A stretch of DNA of 63,997 nt, the filler included, from Malassezia furfur (Eukaryota): NCBI GenBank assembly GCA_052055015.1. It is 13 parts of 13 records of this genome, joined end to end, with 100 filler letters (N's around TTAATTAATTAA, not from the genome) between each part and the next. Parts side by side here need not be neighbours in the genome. Positions count along the whole stretch, not along the records: positions 40,843 to 45,757 come from JBQJIT010000639.1; positions 45,858 to 50,771 come from JBQJIT010000640.1; positions 50,872 to 55,784 come from JBQJIT010000641.1; 10 more parts are not named here. One strand, given 5' to 3'. Below, in pieces: positions 43,923 to 55,227 of the stretch. The notes below the pieces were generated by a model. It was not told where the DNA came from and ran no database searches. It saw only the letters and a program-made list of their open reading frames with translations. Numbering within the stretch: position 1 is the stretch's first letter; every line of letters begins with the position of its first letter. The translations under genes and the position numbers were made by a program.

Positions 43923-45757
43923 CTACGCACTGGCGCCCGGCCCCCTGACCAGCGCATCGGCGGTCCGCACCGCATCGACGGCCGCCTCGACGTCGTGCAC
44001 ACGGATCACATCGACGCACCGCGTCGCGATCGCCGCCGTGCACGCCGCCAGCGTCGCATACACCCGCGCCTTGGGCTCCGGCAGCGGCGCATCGGGCGCG
44101 CGGATCAGGCGCCCCAAGAACGCCTTGCGGCTCACGCCGAGCAGCAGCGGAAAGTGCGCGAGCGACGCGTTCGGCGCCGCGGCGTCCACGTCCACCAGCC
44201 CCGCCGCGTACGTCGCGCGCGTATCGATCGCGCCGCGCGTCCCGTCGCCAACGAGCCGCGGCAGCGCACGAAGGAGCGCGACGTTCGCCGCGGCGTCCTT
44301 CGCGAACCCGATGCCGGGGTCCACGACGAGGTTCCAGCGGCGCACGCCCGCAGTCAGCGCCGCCCGCACGCGCGCACCGAGCTCGGCAGCGACCGTGCCG
44401 GGCACGTCGCCGCCATAGTCGGTGCACTGCGTCATGGTCTGTGCGTCGCCGCGCATGTGCATCGCCACGTACGCACACCGCCGCGCAGCGACGAGCGGGA
44501 GCATCGCGGCGTCGCGCATGCCGCCGCTCACGTCGTTCACCATCGCGGCGCCCGCATCGAGCGCCGCGGCAGCGACCGACGCGCGGTACGTATCGACCGA
44601 GATCGGCACGCCGACGCCGCGCGCAACGAGCGCCTCGACGACGCGCACGACGCGCGCACGCTCCTCGGCCTCGGGCACCTCGGGCGCGTGCGGCGCCGTG
44701 CTCTGCCCGCCGACGTCCAGCACGTCGGCACCGGCACGCACCATGCGCTCGGCGGCCGCCACCGCCGTGTCTACAGAAAAGTGCTCGCCGCCGTCCGAGA
44801 ACGAGTCGGGCGTCGCGTTGAGGATGCCCATGACGTACGTGCGTGCGCCCCAGCGCCACACGTCCGTGCCGACCGGCAGCACACGCGCGAGCTCGTGCGG
44901 CGCATACGCCGGCGTGTGCGACAGCGCATGGAGCAGCTGCGCGACGGTGCGCTGCAGCGTCGGCACCTCGGCGTGCGGCGCCACATCGGCGAGCGGCAGC
45001 AGCACAAACGCACGCTCGGCGAGGCGCGGGTGCGGCACCACGAGCCGCTCGCCGTCCGAAATGACCGCGTCGCCATACAGCAGCAGGTCGACGTCGACGA
45101 CGCGGGGGCCGTTGCGGGGGACATTGGTCTTGTCGCGGCCCACGTCGGTCTCGATCGCCTGCGTGAGCGCCAGCAGGTCGTGCGGCGCCAGGCGCGTGAG
45201 GATGCGGCATGCGCCGTTCAGGAAGCGCGGCTGGTCCGCATAGTACATCGGCTGCGTCTCGTAGAGGAAGGAGGTGTCGACGACGCGCACGTCGGGGTGT
45301 GCGTCGAGACGCGTGAGTGCCGCGTCGATGTGTGCGACGCGGTCACCGAGGTTCGAGCCGAGGGCGAGCAGGACGCTGGTCCAAGGGGATGCTACGGCGG
45401 TGGGGGCCACCTTGAGGGCGGCGTGCGGGGGTGCCTCGCGGGCGGCCGATTCCGACCCCGGGACACGTTCCGCACCGGGCACAGGGGCTGACCCCGGGAC
45501 ATGTCCCGTACCGGGCACAGAGGCCGCTTCCGGAACACGTTCCGCACCGGGCACAGAGGCCGCCTCCGGAACACGTTCCGCACCGGGCACATCCTCCAAG
45601 GTCCCTGCCTGGCCCTCCAAGGTCCCTGCCTGGCCCTCCAAGGCAGGGGCCTTGGCCTTGAAGGTCCCTGCCTTGGGCCCCTCGGGTTCTGCCTGGCCGT
45701 CCAAGGTCCCTGCCTTGGCATCCAAGACCCCTGCCTTGCCCCCCAAGGCCCCTGCCT
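43923..45757 (-). CDS. FOL1: Folate synthesis protein (HPPK + DHPS domains), 5' partial
   Basis: HPPK: LALGSNLGDR, FLNGA, GPRVVDVDLLLY, PHPRLAERAFVL. DHPS: MGILNATPDSFSDGG, SVDTY, NDVSGG, MHMRG, DPGIGFAK, SRK, RVHDV. Confidence 0.95.
45461..45590 (-). repeat. 36-bp minisatellite (VPGAERVPEAAS, about 3.5 copies)
   Basis: GGAACACGTTCCGCACCGGGCACAGAGGCCGCYTCC units. Confidence 0.85.
45594..45757 (-). repeat. 21-bp minisatellite (AGTLEGQ-like, about 8 copies) running into the gap
   Basis: CTCCAAGGTCCCTGCCTGGCC units with variants. Confidence 0.85.
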
Positions 45758-45857
45758 NNNNNNNNNNNNNNNNNNNNNNNNNNNNNNNNNNNNNNNNNNN
45801 NTTAATTAATTAANNNNNNNNNNNNNNNNNNNNNNNNNNNNNNNNNNNNNNNNNNNN
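45758..45857. other. Artificial contig spacer
   Basis: Same linker. Confidence 0.99.
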
Positions 45858-47460
45858 GCCGGCGCGTCCGCCGCCGGCGCCTCGGCCGGCGCGCTCGGCA
45901 CCTCGCCGACCTGCGCATTCACGTACGGCCCGAGCGCACGCTCGATCGCGAGGCGGCGCTCCTCCGGGAACGCCTCGTCGCGCGCCTGGTCCGCACGCAG
46001 CTGCTTCAGCTTGCTCGGCGGCACACGCAGCACCGTCGCGGTGGTGTCGTTCACCGGGTCGTACTCGTTGCGCGCGACCTGCAGGCCGAGGCGCGTGCCG
46101 AGCTCGGCGAGCAGCGCCTGGTCCGCGTCGCTGAGCGGCGACGCAAACGCCGCTTCCGTCTCAGCCGTGTCGGGGTGCGTCTCGAAGGCGAGCGCAAAGC
46201 GCTGCAGCTGCGCAATCCACGCGCGCTGCTGCGGCGTGACGACGACGGTGCGCGCCGCGGCCTTCTTGGGCGCACGCTTCTTGCGCCGCGCCGCCGGCTT
46301 GGCGCGCGTCAGCTCCGGGTGGTCCTTGAGGAAGTTGGCGCGCTCCAGCGCAAACAGCTCGTTGATCACGAGCTGCAGCCGCTCCGGGCGCAGCGTGCCG
46401 TGGTCGTTGAGGTAGCCGCCCGCGGCAGGGAGCACCTTTTCGTAGATGCGGAAGAGCAGCTCGATCGCGCCCTCGTTGATGTGCAGGCCGGGCAGGTGCG
46501 GCAAGAAGTCGTTGCCGACAAACAGGTGGAGCAGGATGTAGTCGTCGATGATACGCTCCAGATCGAAGCCGAACGGCAGCTTGTCGCGCAGGCCCGCGAA
46601 CTCGAGCTCGAGGTACTCGCGCAGGAGCGAGATGTGCAGCAGGTAAAAGGTCTGCGTCTCGAGCGACGCCGTCTTTTTGCCGCGCTGTGGGCCGAAGATG
46701 ACCTCTTCACGCAGCAGCGCAAAGTGCGGGTCGTGGCTCAGCAGGCCGAGCATGATCAGGTCCGCGTCCAGGCCGTACAGGCAGTGGCGCGTGTTGGGGT
46801 TGTAGTCGGGCTGCGCCTTGATGGTGCGAATGAACTCCATGATCTTGTGCTCGCCCTCGCCGACGGTGTCGTGCCCCGACAGGATGACCTGGACGTTGCG
46901 CCAGTTCGCGTCCTCGGACACCTTCTTGGCGATAAAGTACTCGAGCTGCAGCGAGAGCTTCTGCATAAAGATGGTGCCCGGCGTGATGCAGTTCGAGTCG
47001 AACGGCGCCGACTCCGGGATCGCCTCGCCGCGCCGCCGCGCCTTTTCGAGGTTGTCTTTCGCCTCTTGTGCGGTGCGGAAGCGCCGGCTGCGCTGCTGGT
47101 TCATCTTGGCGCGCGGCGCCACGCCGTCGATCGCCAGGAAGAAGACCTTCTGCGGGCGGATCTTGGAAAAGAGGTGCTCGATATACGCAAAGATGCCCAG
47201 GAATATGTCCTCCTCGGAGATGCGGAACGTCGCCTCGTCGTCGCGCGGGTGCGAGCTGTGGGTTAGCGAGCGGGCGCGGCGCACCAATTGTGGATGATCC
47301 CGTTCATGTCTGCGGGTGAGCGCGCGTGGCGTACCAAGATATAGGTTATCGAACTCGGGTATCCTGTTCTCCTCCACGAGCTGCATGATGACTGCGTCAG
47401 CGGCACACACGCACGCGGATACCGCTCCGAGAGCCATTTGAAGTATTTCGGCACCCCCAT
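45858..47460 (-). CDS. XRN1: 5'-3' exoribonuclease Xrn1, 3' partial
   Basis: Spliced MGVPKYFKWLSERYPLIMQL...FDNLYLDMNGIIHNCSHP, then IDGVAPRAKMNQQRSRRF, GEGEHKI, YGLDADLIML and VGNDFLPHLP. Introns at 47392-47414, 47310-47334 and 47256-47284. Confidence 0.96.
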
Positions 47461-47504
47461 CGTGCGCCGTCGTCGTACAAGCGGAGCCCTGCCGGCGACG
47501 TGCG

Positions 47505-47512
47505 CACGTGAC
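47505..47512. promoter_or_regulatory. GTCACGTG E-box in the 117-bp XRN1/lipase divergent promoter
   Basis: CACGTGAC between the two ATGs. Confidence 0.55.
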
Positions 47513-47577
47513 CTCCACCGGACGTGCGCACGGCGCGGCGGAGCGCGGCGGCGCGGCCCGAGCGCAACCCCACCGCT

Positions 47578-50075
47578 ATGCCGCCGCGTGGGGAGCCGGA
47601 GTTGGAGCGCGACTATGTCAACTGGGACGATGTCGAGGCGTTCGCGCGTGCGATGGAGACCGAGGGCGAGACGGGCACTCTGCTGCCACAACCCGACGCG
47701 GACGTGCGTGACCAGCGCGCGATGCGCATTTCTGCCGCGTCCGACTTTGCGCCGATCCACGAGAAGGTTGCCAAGGGCGAGGGCGACCGCAACGTGAAGC
47801 TGCGCTCCGTGGACCGCGGAATCCCCGAGGGGATCATGTACTATGCGCTGCGGTGGCCCATGCTGCTGCTCGTGTGCTGGCTCATCTTTTCCGAGTTCCT
47901 GCTGTACGTCTTTATCCGGCAGGTGGTCAACATGATCGAGGTGACCATCTCGTGGCGCGGGCACGCGGGCACGCTGCGCAAGCGCATGCGCTCTGCACAC
48001 ACCTATGGCGAGTGGAAGCGCGCGGCGCTCGAGCTCGATCGCTACCGCGACCACAACGCGTGGAAGGCCAAGGACAGCAGCGCCTACTACGACTGGCGCC
48101 TGATCCAGCGCGTGGTCGCCGCGCTGAAAGGTGTGTGCTGCTTGCTGACCCAGTGACGCGCGAGCAGGGCGACACGCACGCGCTCATGGGCGTGCTCAAT
48201 CTGTGCCTCAAGAACAACTTTGCCGGGATCGAAAACTTCTCGCTGTACAGCCAGTCGTTCCACGGCACCAAGCACCTCATCGAGCAGTACTACCAGGAGG
48301 TGGAGCGCGCGCTCTACTACCTCGAGAAGTCGTCGCTCGACGTGCAGGTCAAGCGCACGTTTTACCGCGTCGCCGCGAAGAACTTTGGCAAAACGGCGCT
48401 GTGCCTGAGCGGCGGCGCGAGCTTTGCCTACTACCACTTTGGCGTGGTCAAGGCGCTGCTCGACACCAACCTGCTGCCGACGATCGTGAGCGGCACGTCC
48501 GCGGGCGGCCTCATCGCGGCGCTCGTGTGCACGCGCACGAACGACGAGCTCAAGGAGCTGCTCGTGCCCGAGCTGGCGGCCCGCATCACGGGGTGCGACG
48601 AGCCGATGCACGTGTGGCTGTGGCGCATGTACAAGACGGGCGCGCGGTTCGATGCGGTGCGCTGGGCGTCGAAGTCGATGTTCTTTACGCGCGGCTCAAT
48701 GACCTTCCGCGAGGCGTACGAGCGCACCGGCAAGACGCTCAACATCAGCGTGGTGCCGTTCGACCAGCACTCGCCCGCGCAGCTGCTCAACCACATCACC
48801 GCGCCCGACTGCCTGATCTGGAGTGCGGTGATTGCGTCGGCGGCGGTGCCTGGCATCCTGAACCCCGTGTTCCTGATGCAGAAGCTGCCCGACGGCTCGC
48901 TTCACCCCTGGAGCTGGGGCTACAAGTTCCGCGACGGCAGCCTGCGCGTCGACATCCCGCTGCAGCAGCTGCACTCGATGTTCAACGTGACCTATCCGAT
49001 TGTGTCGCAGGTGAATCCGCACGTGCACCTCTTCCACTACGGCAACAAGGGCGCGCCCGGGCGCCCCACGGCGTTCCGCAGCGGGCGCGGGTGGCGCGGC
49101 GGCTTTTTGCTGTCGGCGGCCGAACACATTGTGCGTGTCGATGCTAACGCAGCTCAAGCTGAACCTCACGACCAACTTTAGTAGGTGGAGGCACTCACCC
49201 AGAAATCCTGCGCGACCTCAACCTGATGCCGCACTTTCTCGGGCAGGACTGGTCGTCGGTCTTTTTGCAGCCCTTCCACGGGGCGGCGACGATCTGGCCC
49301 AAGACGCGCGTGCTCGACTGGCCGCGCATCCTGACGGACCCCACGCCGCAGGACATGCGCCGCCTGCTGTTTGTCGGGCAAAACGTCACCTTCCCCAAAC
49401 TCGTACGTGCGCCGACGCTCACGCACGCAGCACATGATCAGCAACCGCATCCACCTCGAGCGCGCCATCGCGCGCGGGCGCGAGTACGTACGCACCGAGG
49501 CGGTCACACACGCCGACGACGACCTGCGCGCGCGCATCGGCACCCTGTCGCGTCCCGGCTCGTCGCTGTCGCTGCACAGCGAGCGCAGCGAGCGCAGCGA
49601 GCCGAGCGACGCCGAGAACGCAGACGCGCGCGACCGAACGACGCCGCGGCGGCGCACGCAGCGCAGGCGGCCGCAGGACCTGCGCAAGGGCCTCGTGGGC
49701 GGCGACAGCAGCGTGCTCGAGACCTACTCGCCCGAGTGGTTCCAGTTCCTGCACGCGGCCGACTCGCCCATGGCCGGCACGCCGTACGAGTCGGGTGCCG
49801 AGGACGATGTGCCACGCGGCACGTCGATCCGCCGCGCACTCACGATGCCCGCCGAGCCGCATGCGTGGCGGCACCGTGGCTCGATGCTTGCCGACGGCAC
49901 GCTCACTTCGCTGGCGCATGCCGAGGATTCGTGGGACGCCGAGCCGGGGCACGCCGAGCCGGAGCGCGAGCCACTTGAGCAGGACGATGGTGCACAGTAC
50001 GACGTGGACCGTGAGCACAATGCACGCGGCGACGCCGTCGACGTGGACAGGAGCAGCTCGCCCAGCGATCTGTAG
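47578..50075 (+). CDS. Patatin-domain triacylglycerol lipase (Tgl3/4/5-like)
   Basis: LSGGASFAYYHFG, GTSAG, DGS, VSQVNPH. Introns at 48131-48153, 49131-49152, 49181-49202 and 49403-49430. Confidence 0.93.
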
Positions 50076-50191
50076 AACGTGCATAGGCGCCGCAGGGCGC
50101 GGCCCGCCGGCGTGTGGGGAAACAGGGTATTGTTTAGTCAGCGTCGCCCGCGCGGTGCGACGCCCTCCATCGCGACCGAGTGAGGCGCCCA

Positions 50192-50771
50192 ATGGATCCG
50201 GTGCGCCCAGGATACGGCGGAGGCGCGAGTGCTGCGCCGCCGCACGCGATGCAGCGGACGGCGCGTGAGGCGCCGGCCAGCAACGCACGCAGTGATCCCC
50301 ACGTCGCGTCGCCCGTGAGCAGCGAGCGCCGCGGCACGCCGTCGGTGAGCTCGCCGTCGAGCACGGTAAACCACATGGAGTCGTCTGTGACGCGCCTGCT
50401 GGTCGCGACCAAGATGCTGCTGGAGTCACTCACGAGCTGGTCGCTCGGGACACAGACCGAGTCGCAAGTGTCGGAGATCTACGTGCGCCTCGGCAACGAC
50501 TTCAACGCAGCGCTCGCCGCATTCGCCGGCTACGGCATCGATATGAGCGACATGTACTCGGTGCCCGCGGATCTGCGCGTGTGTCTCGAGACATGCTTGT
50601 CGGAGCGCGCGTCGCCCGCGACGCTCGAGCAGTACCTGCCGCGCATCCGCGAAATCATCATCCGGCTCCTGCAGGGGCTCAAGGTGAAGCAGGCGAGCTA
50701 CAAGCAGCTGCTTCTCGAGCAGCGCACGCAGGCGGCCGCCGCGCGGCGTGCCGCGGGGGCGCGGCGTGCCA
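50192..50771 (+). CDS. BUD6: Actin-interacting polarity protein Bud6/Aip3, N-terminal fragment
   Basis: MESSVTRLLVATKMLLESLTSW...VSEIYVRLGNDFN...LEQYLPRIREIIIRLLQGLK. Confidence 0.82.
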
Positions 50772-50871
50772 NNNNNNNNNNNNNNNNNNNNNNNNNNNNN
50801 NNNNNNNNNNNNNNNTTAATTAATTAANNNNNNNNNNNNNNNNNNNNNNNNNNNNNNNNNNNNNNNNNNNN
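50772..50871. other. Artificial contig spacer
   Basis: Same linker. Confidence 0.99.
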
Positions 50872-51534
50872 CCCGCCCTACCCAACATTTGGTAACGACA
50901 ACTTTATTTCCGCACGCCACCCACATGTATGCGGGGTCACACGACAAACACAAAAATCCCCCTCGTATCACGTGTTCTCCACGCGAGCACCGGCCATATG
51001 TGGCGTGGCGGGCGATGCAGCAGCCCTCCGACCCCTCTGAGTAAAAAGTCTGAGCGCACCCCTCGAATCGTATTCGGTCCCTGTCGTTTCGGCGCCAAGG
51101 ATTGGGCCAAGACATTGACGTGTCGGAGTACGTTTGGATTGGTCTATCGGCACGCGATCGCATCTGTTTACGATGACAAAGCGGACAAAGATCTCTTTTT
51201 CATTGGTTGTAATTTATATCAATGGAACACAGTCCGATGAATAAACAAATGTTTGACCGTGCTACGTAACCTGCACGAGATTCGGCCCGGGCACAATCGC
51301 CCCGTTCTGAAATTGCGGTGCACGGGTCGGGCAAATGAAAAGGAGGGAACGGGCCTTTGCGGGTGTGCGCGCTGGCATTTGGCCGGAACTTCGGTAGATC
51401 AATGAGCAATTGAGGGACCCTAGTGCCGATCCCTGCGAAAAACTAGGGTGCCGACCCAGAAACAGGGACGCGCAACCGGCAAAGATCGACGCTTCATTCG
51501 CGGCAGGTACACACCGCGTTTAGACCGTCAAACC

Positions 51535-51542
51535 TATAATAA
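51535..51542 (+). promoter_or_regulatory. TATA-like box followed by a CT-rich leader
   Basis: TATAATAA about 100 bp upstream of ATG 51642, then a pyrimidine-rich tract and TCAAAATG. Confidence 0.55.
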
Positions 51543-51641
51543 GGAGACCGTTTCTCCACGCCCCCTTCTCTTCACCAACTTTTCCCTCAACACTTCCCTT
51601 AAGCGGCAGGCAACGCTCTTCCTTCTTCCTTCAAAGTCAAA

Positions 51642-52025
51642 ATGCGTGCTACTCTTTTCCTGACCATTCTCTTTGCTCTCGTGAGCGTTGCGTTCGCTGC
51701 CCCTGCCCAGCTCCAGCCCCGCGGTGGTCGTAACGGTCGTGTTACGTACTACTCGGGCTACATGATGGCCGAGCCTGCCTGCGGTGGCGCGACCCCCAAC
51801 GACGAGGACCTCGTCGCCGCTGTCCGTGCGGACTCGCCTTTCAAGTGCGGTGACAAGGTCACCCTGATGCACAACGGTAACAAGGTTACCGTCAAGGTTG
51901 TCGACCACTGCGACAGCTGCACCTACGGCGAGTGGTTCGACCTGTCCAAGTCGGCCTTCAAGAAGCTCGGCGCTCTCGAGCTCGGCATCATCGACGACAT
52001 TATCTTCTGGAAGCACGACAACTAA
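51642..52025 (+). CDS. Small secreted RlpA-like double-psi beta-barrel (expansin/loosenin/barwin-like) protein
   Basis: Signal peptide, GRVTYY, ACG, LVAAV, CGDKV, VKVVDHCDSC and FDLSKSAFKKL. Confidence 0.88.
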   Translation: MRATLFLTILFALVSVAFAAPAQLQPRGGRNGRVTYYSGYMMAEPACGGATPNDEDLVAAVRADSPFKCGDKVTLMHNGNKVTVKVVDHCDSCTYGEWFDLSKSAFKKLGALELGIIDDIIFWKHDN

Positions 52026-52420
52026 GTGTTACGTGCATTTTCCACCTTCTTGTTCAAAAAATTATACGGGTTTTCATGACACGGTTTCCCAACCGCTTTT
52101 GTATGTTTGACGCGATGCCCTTTTTGGAGCATTTGATGATTTTCTGGTGATGAACTGTGCTACGCAATTACCATGGCGGGTCTATGGTACTACAATCTTT
52201 GTGGATAGCATTCTAGTGTCCCATTGTTGATACTTTTTTACTACTTTTTGCGTGTAGTCCCGTGTGCTTGTTTTACCCGCTGCTGAAAGTCTATGTTTGG
52301 CTTGCCCGGGGCTAAATACGCGTGCACCCACATAGCCGACCGACACCGCCGTGGATTCCACGTGGCATTTTGGCAATTGCGGGTCTGTGCCCCCAAATTG
52401 TGTTTGAGTGCAACACGAAC

Positions 52421-55171
52421 ATGGACCGCGACGTGGAAATGGCTCGCGCGGCACTCGCGAACGTCTCAAACATGCCAGAAGAGACGATCGCATCGAATCT
52501 CAACGAGCTAGGAAACGACGGTGCAGAGACCATGTCGCCTAGTGCGCAAGAGCCGTTGACTGATGTGTCTTCGGTGCCGATCCAGGACTCGGTTGCGGAG
52601 TCGTCGCTGATCGATGAGGACCCCATGCTGGCTGCGAAGCAGCCATCGTATGCAGCACATCTAATGGATGACACGGCTGCACAGGTGCCTGCATTCCAAC
52701 CGGCCTCGGTTGTCGAAGCGTCAGTGCCCGCATCTGCGCCGGCGGCGGAGGCACCGCTCCTTGCGACGGAGCCTTTGGCGTCGAGCATGACGTCGACCAC
52801 CGATATGGCTGCTGCCGCTGTCCAGCCACTGCCGAACCGGCTCCAGCTAATCGACGAGCACCAGCACTTTCATACCCAGGCTTTCCGGAAGCAGTTGGGT
52901 GAATGGGGCATGGCCGATGTTGGGTTCGGCTACGACCTGTGTGCCGTGTTGGGCTCACAGTCGACGGGCAAGTCGACGCTGCTGAACAAGTTGTTCGGCA
53001 CCAACTTTGATGTGATGAACGAGCGCGTGCGGCAGCAGACCACCAAGGGCATCTGGCTGAGCCGTGGCATGAATCGCAACGTACTGGTCATGGATGTCGA
53101 AGGCACCGACGGCCGCGAGCGCGGCGAAGACCAAGACTTTGAGCGAAAGTCGTCACTATTCGCGTTGACAACTGCCGAGTGCTTGATTGTGAACATGTGG
53201 GAGAACCAGGTGGGACTGTATCAAGGAGCGAACATGGGCCTACTCAAGACCGTGTTGGATGTGAACCTGTCGCTCTTCCAGTCCGGCCGCGCGCGTTCCG
53301 GTGCAGCGATCGACAAGACGCTGCTGCTGTTTGTCATCCGTGACTATGTGGGTGCAACGCCACTGGAGAATCTTGAGGCCACAGTGCGCGCCGATTTGGA
53401 GCGTATTTGGGCGAGCCTTAGCAAACCGGCGAACCTGCCTGACGCGCGGCTGAGTGACTTTTTCGACGTGATGTTCACCGCGCTCCCGCACAAGATTTTG
53501 CAGCCGCGCGAGTTTGATGCGGGCGTTGACGCGCTGCGAACTCGCTTCGTCGACCGCAGCGACGCCAACTACGTGTTCCAGACGCACTACCACAAGCGGA
53601 TCCCCATCGATGGCCTGCCGCACTACCTCGAGGGCGTGTGGGAGCAGGTTGTGCAAAACAAGGATCTCGACCTACCCACGCAGCAAGAGCTCCTGGCACA
53701 GTTCCGCTGCGACGAAATTGCCGAGGCCGCCGTGCGCCCCTTCCTTGCGGCAATCCAGATGCTGCGCAAGGTGCAGGATGCTGGTCAGGTGCACCCGACG
53801 CTAGGTCAGGACATGGGCACGCACCGTGCGGCGGCGCTCGCAGCCTTCGACAAGGACGCGAGTCGCTATCACCAGGGTGTGTACACGCGGAAACGTGCTG
53901 AGCTCGTCGACAAGCTCAACACTGCACTGCTGCCGAGTGTGCTAGCGCAGCTCAAGAACCTGCACACGCACCTCACGCAGCGCTTCCGCACCGGTGTCGT
54001 CGACGCCATCCGTCAGTCGGCGAACTACAACTTTGGCAACATTGTGCGCGAGCAGCACGATGCGGCGCTCGCGGCCTTTGACGAAACGACGCAGGCGATG
54101 CTTCTACCGGATACCGATTGGAGCGTCGACGACGAGCGTGCGCAACTAGACGCCGAGCTCACTAAGACGGCCCAAACGCTGCGTGCTGATGAGTCGAAAA
54201 AGCTCGCGGCGCAGCTCCAGCGTGAGATGGGCAAGAAGTTCGCCGAGCCTGTCGAGCTGTCGCTTGGCCATCCGTCGCCGACGATGTGGGACGACGTGCT
54301 GCGCGCCTTCAACGACATTGTGGCTGACGCAAGTGCATCGTACCTGCAGCGCGCGGCTTCGCTCAACAGCACGCCCGAGGAAGATGCTGCGGGTCTGCAC
54401 GCGCTACAGCGCGGCGGGTGGCGCCAGCTGCAGGCGAAGGTGCACCAGCAAACCGCAGATGCGGTGCTGTCGGTGCGCCTGCGCGCCTACTTTGAGGAGC
54501 GCTTCCGTTACGACCAGGACGGAGTTCCGCGCGTCTGGAAGCCCACGGACGACATCGACGGCGTGTTTGTCAGCGCGCGCGACGCGACACTGCGCCTCCT
54601 CCCGCTGTATGCACGGATTGCCCCGACCGATCCCACCCTCCTAGCCAAGGTCGAGCAGAGCGAGCAGGATCCCGTGTACGTCGAGTCGGTACGTGCGGGC
54701 GATGAGGAGCCGTTGGACGTAGCCGACTCGCTGCAGATCCTCTCAGAGCTGCACACGGCCGAGGTCGGGCAGCGCTTCCGCAAAGACGCCGACGCCTTCT
54801 ATGTGGAGGCAAAGCGCAGCACGGTGTCGAGCATGTCGAGCGTGCCGTGGTGGATGTACGCGATGCTGCTCGTGCTTGGCTGGAACGAGATGATGGCGGT
54901 GCTGCGCAACCCGCTCTACTTTACGCTACTGTGCATGCTGCTTGCCGGCGCTTATGCCGTGTGGCGCCTCAACATGAGCGGGCCGCTGATGCGTGTCGCA
55001 ACGACACTCGCGCGCGAGACGCAGCAGACCATCGAGGACCAGTTGCGCGCATACCTCGTCCCGCCGGCCGCTGCCCAGGTGCGACCGCTACACCAAGAAC
55101 AACACGAGATGCGGCCTGTCGGCGAGCAGCGCGACGTGGCAGCCGTGCACGCTACCCCCGTCGCCCAGTAG
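52421..55171 (+). CDS. SEY1: Atlastin-like ER fusion GTPase Sey1/RHD3
   Basis: GSQSTGKSTLLN, QQTTKGIW, MDVEGTDGRERGEDQDFERK, FVIRD, and C-terminal TM hairpin LLVLGWNE...LRNPLYF. Confidence 0.97.
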   Translation: MDRDVEMARAALANVSNMPEETIASNLNELGNDGAETMSPSAQEPLTDVSSVPIQDSVAESSLIDEDPMLAAKQPSYAAHLMDDTAAQVPAFQPASVVEASVPASAPAAEAPLLATEPLASSMTSTTDMAAAAVQPLPNRLQLIDEHQHFHTQAFRKQLGEWGMADVGFGYDLCAVLGSQSTGKSTLLNKLFGTNFDVMNERVRQQTTKGIWLSRGMNRNVLVMDVEGTDGRERGEDQDFERKSSLFALTTAECLIVNMWENQVGLYQGANMGLLKTVLDVNLSLFQSGRARSGAAIDKTLLLFVIRDYVGATPLENLEATVRADLERIWASLSKPANLPDARLSDFFDVMFTALPHKILQPREFDAGVDALRTRFVDRSDANYVFQTHYHKRIPIDGLPHYLEGVWEQVVQNKDLDLPTQQELLAQFRCDEIAEAAVRPFLAAIQMLRKVQDAGQVHPTLGQDMGTHRAAALAAFDKDASRYHQGVYTRKRAELVDKLNTALLPSVLAQLKNLHTHLTQRFRTGVVDAIRQSANYNFGNIVREQHDAALAAFDETTQAMLLPDTDWSVDDERAQLDAELTKTAQTLRADESKKLAAQLQREMGKKFAEPVELSLGHPSPTMWDDVLRAFNDIVADASASYLQRAASLNSTPEEDAAGLHALQRGGWRQLQAKVHQQTADAVLSVRLRAYFEERFRYDQDGVPRVWKPTDDIDGVFVSARDATLRLLPLYARIAPTDPTLLAKVEQSEQDPVYVESVRAGDEEPLDVADSLQILSELHTAEVGQRFRKDADAFYVEAKRSTVSSMSSVPWWMYAMLLVLGWNEMMAVLRNPLYFTLLCMLLAGAYAVWRLNMSGPLMRVATTLARETQQTIEDQLRAYLVPPAAAQVRPLHQEQHEMRPVGEQRDVAAVHATPVAQ

Positions 55172-55227
55172 GAAAAAAAAAACCGTATTTTGTACAAGTT
55201 CTACGGCATCGCGGTTGACACGCACCG

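Noticed and set aside
40843..45757. Bacterial-like Obg and HPPK-DHPS genes as horizontal transfer or contamination
   Set aside because: The mitochondrial presequence, the fungal-type Fol1 fusion, host-like codon usage and the eukaryote-specific Serinc gene between them indicate native genes.
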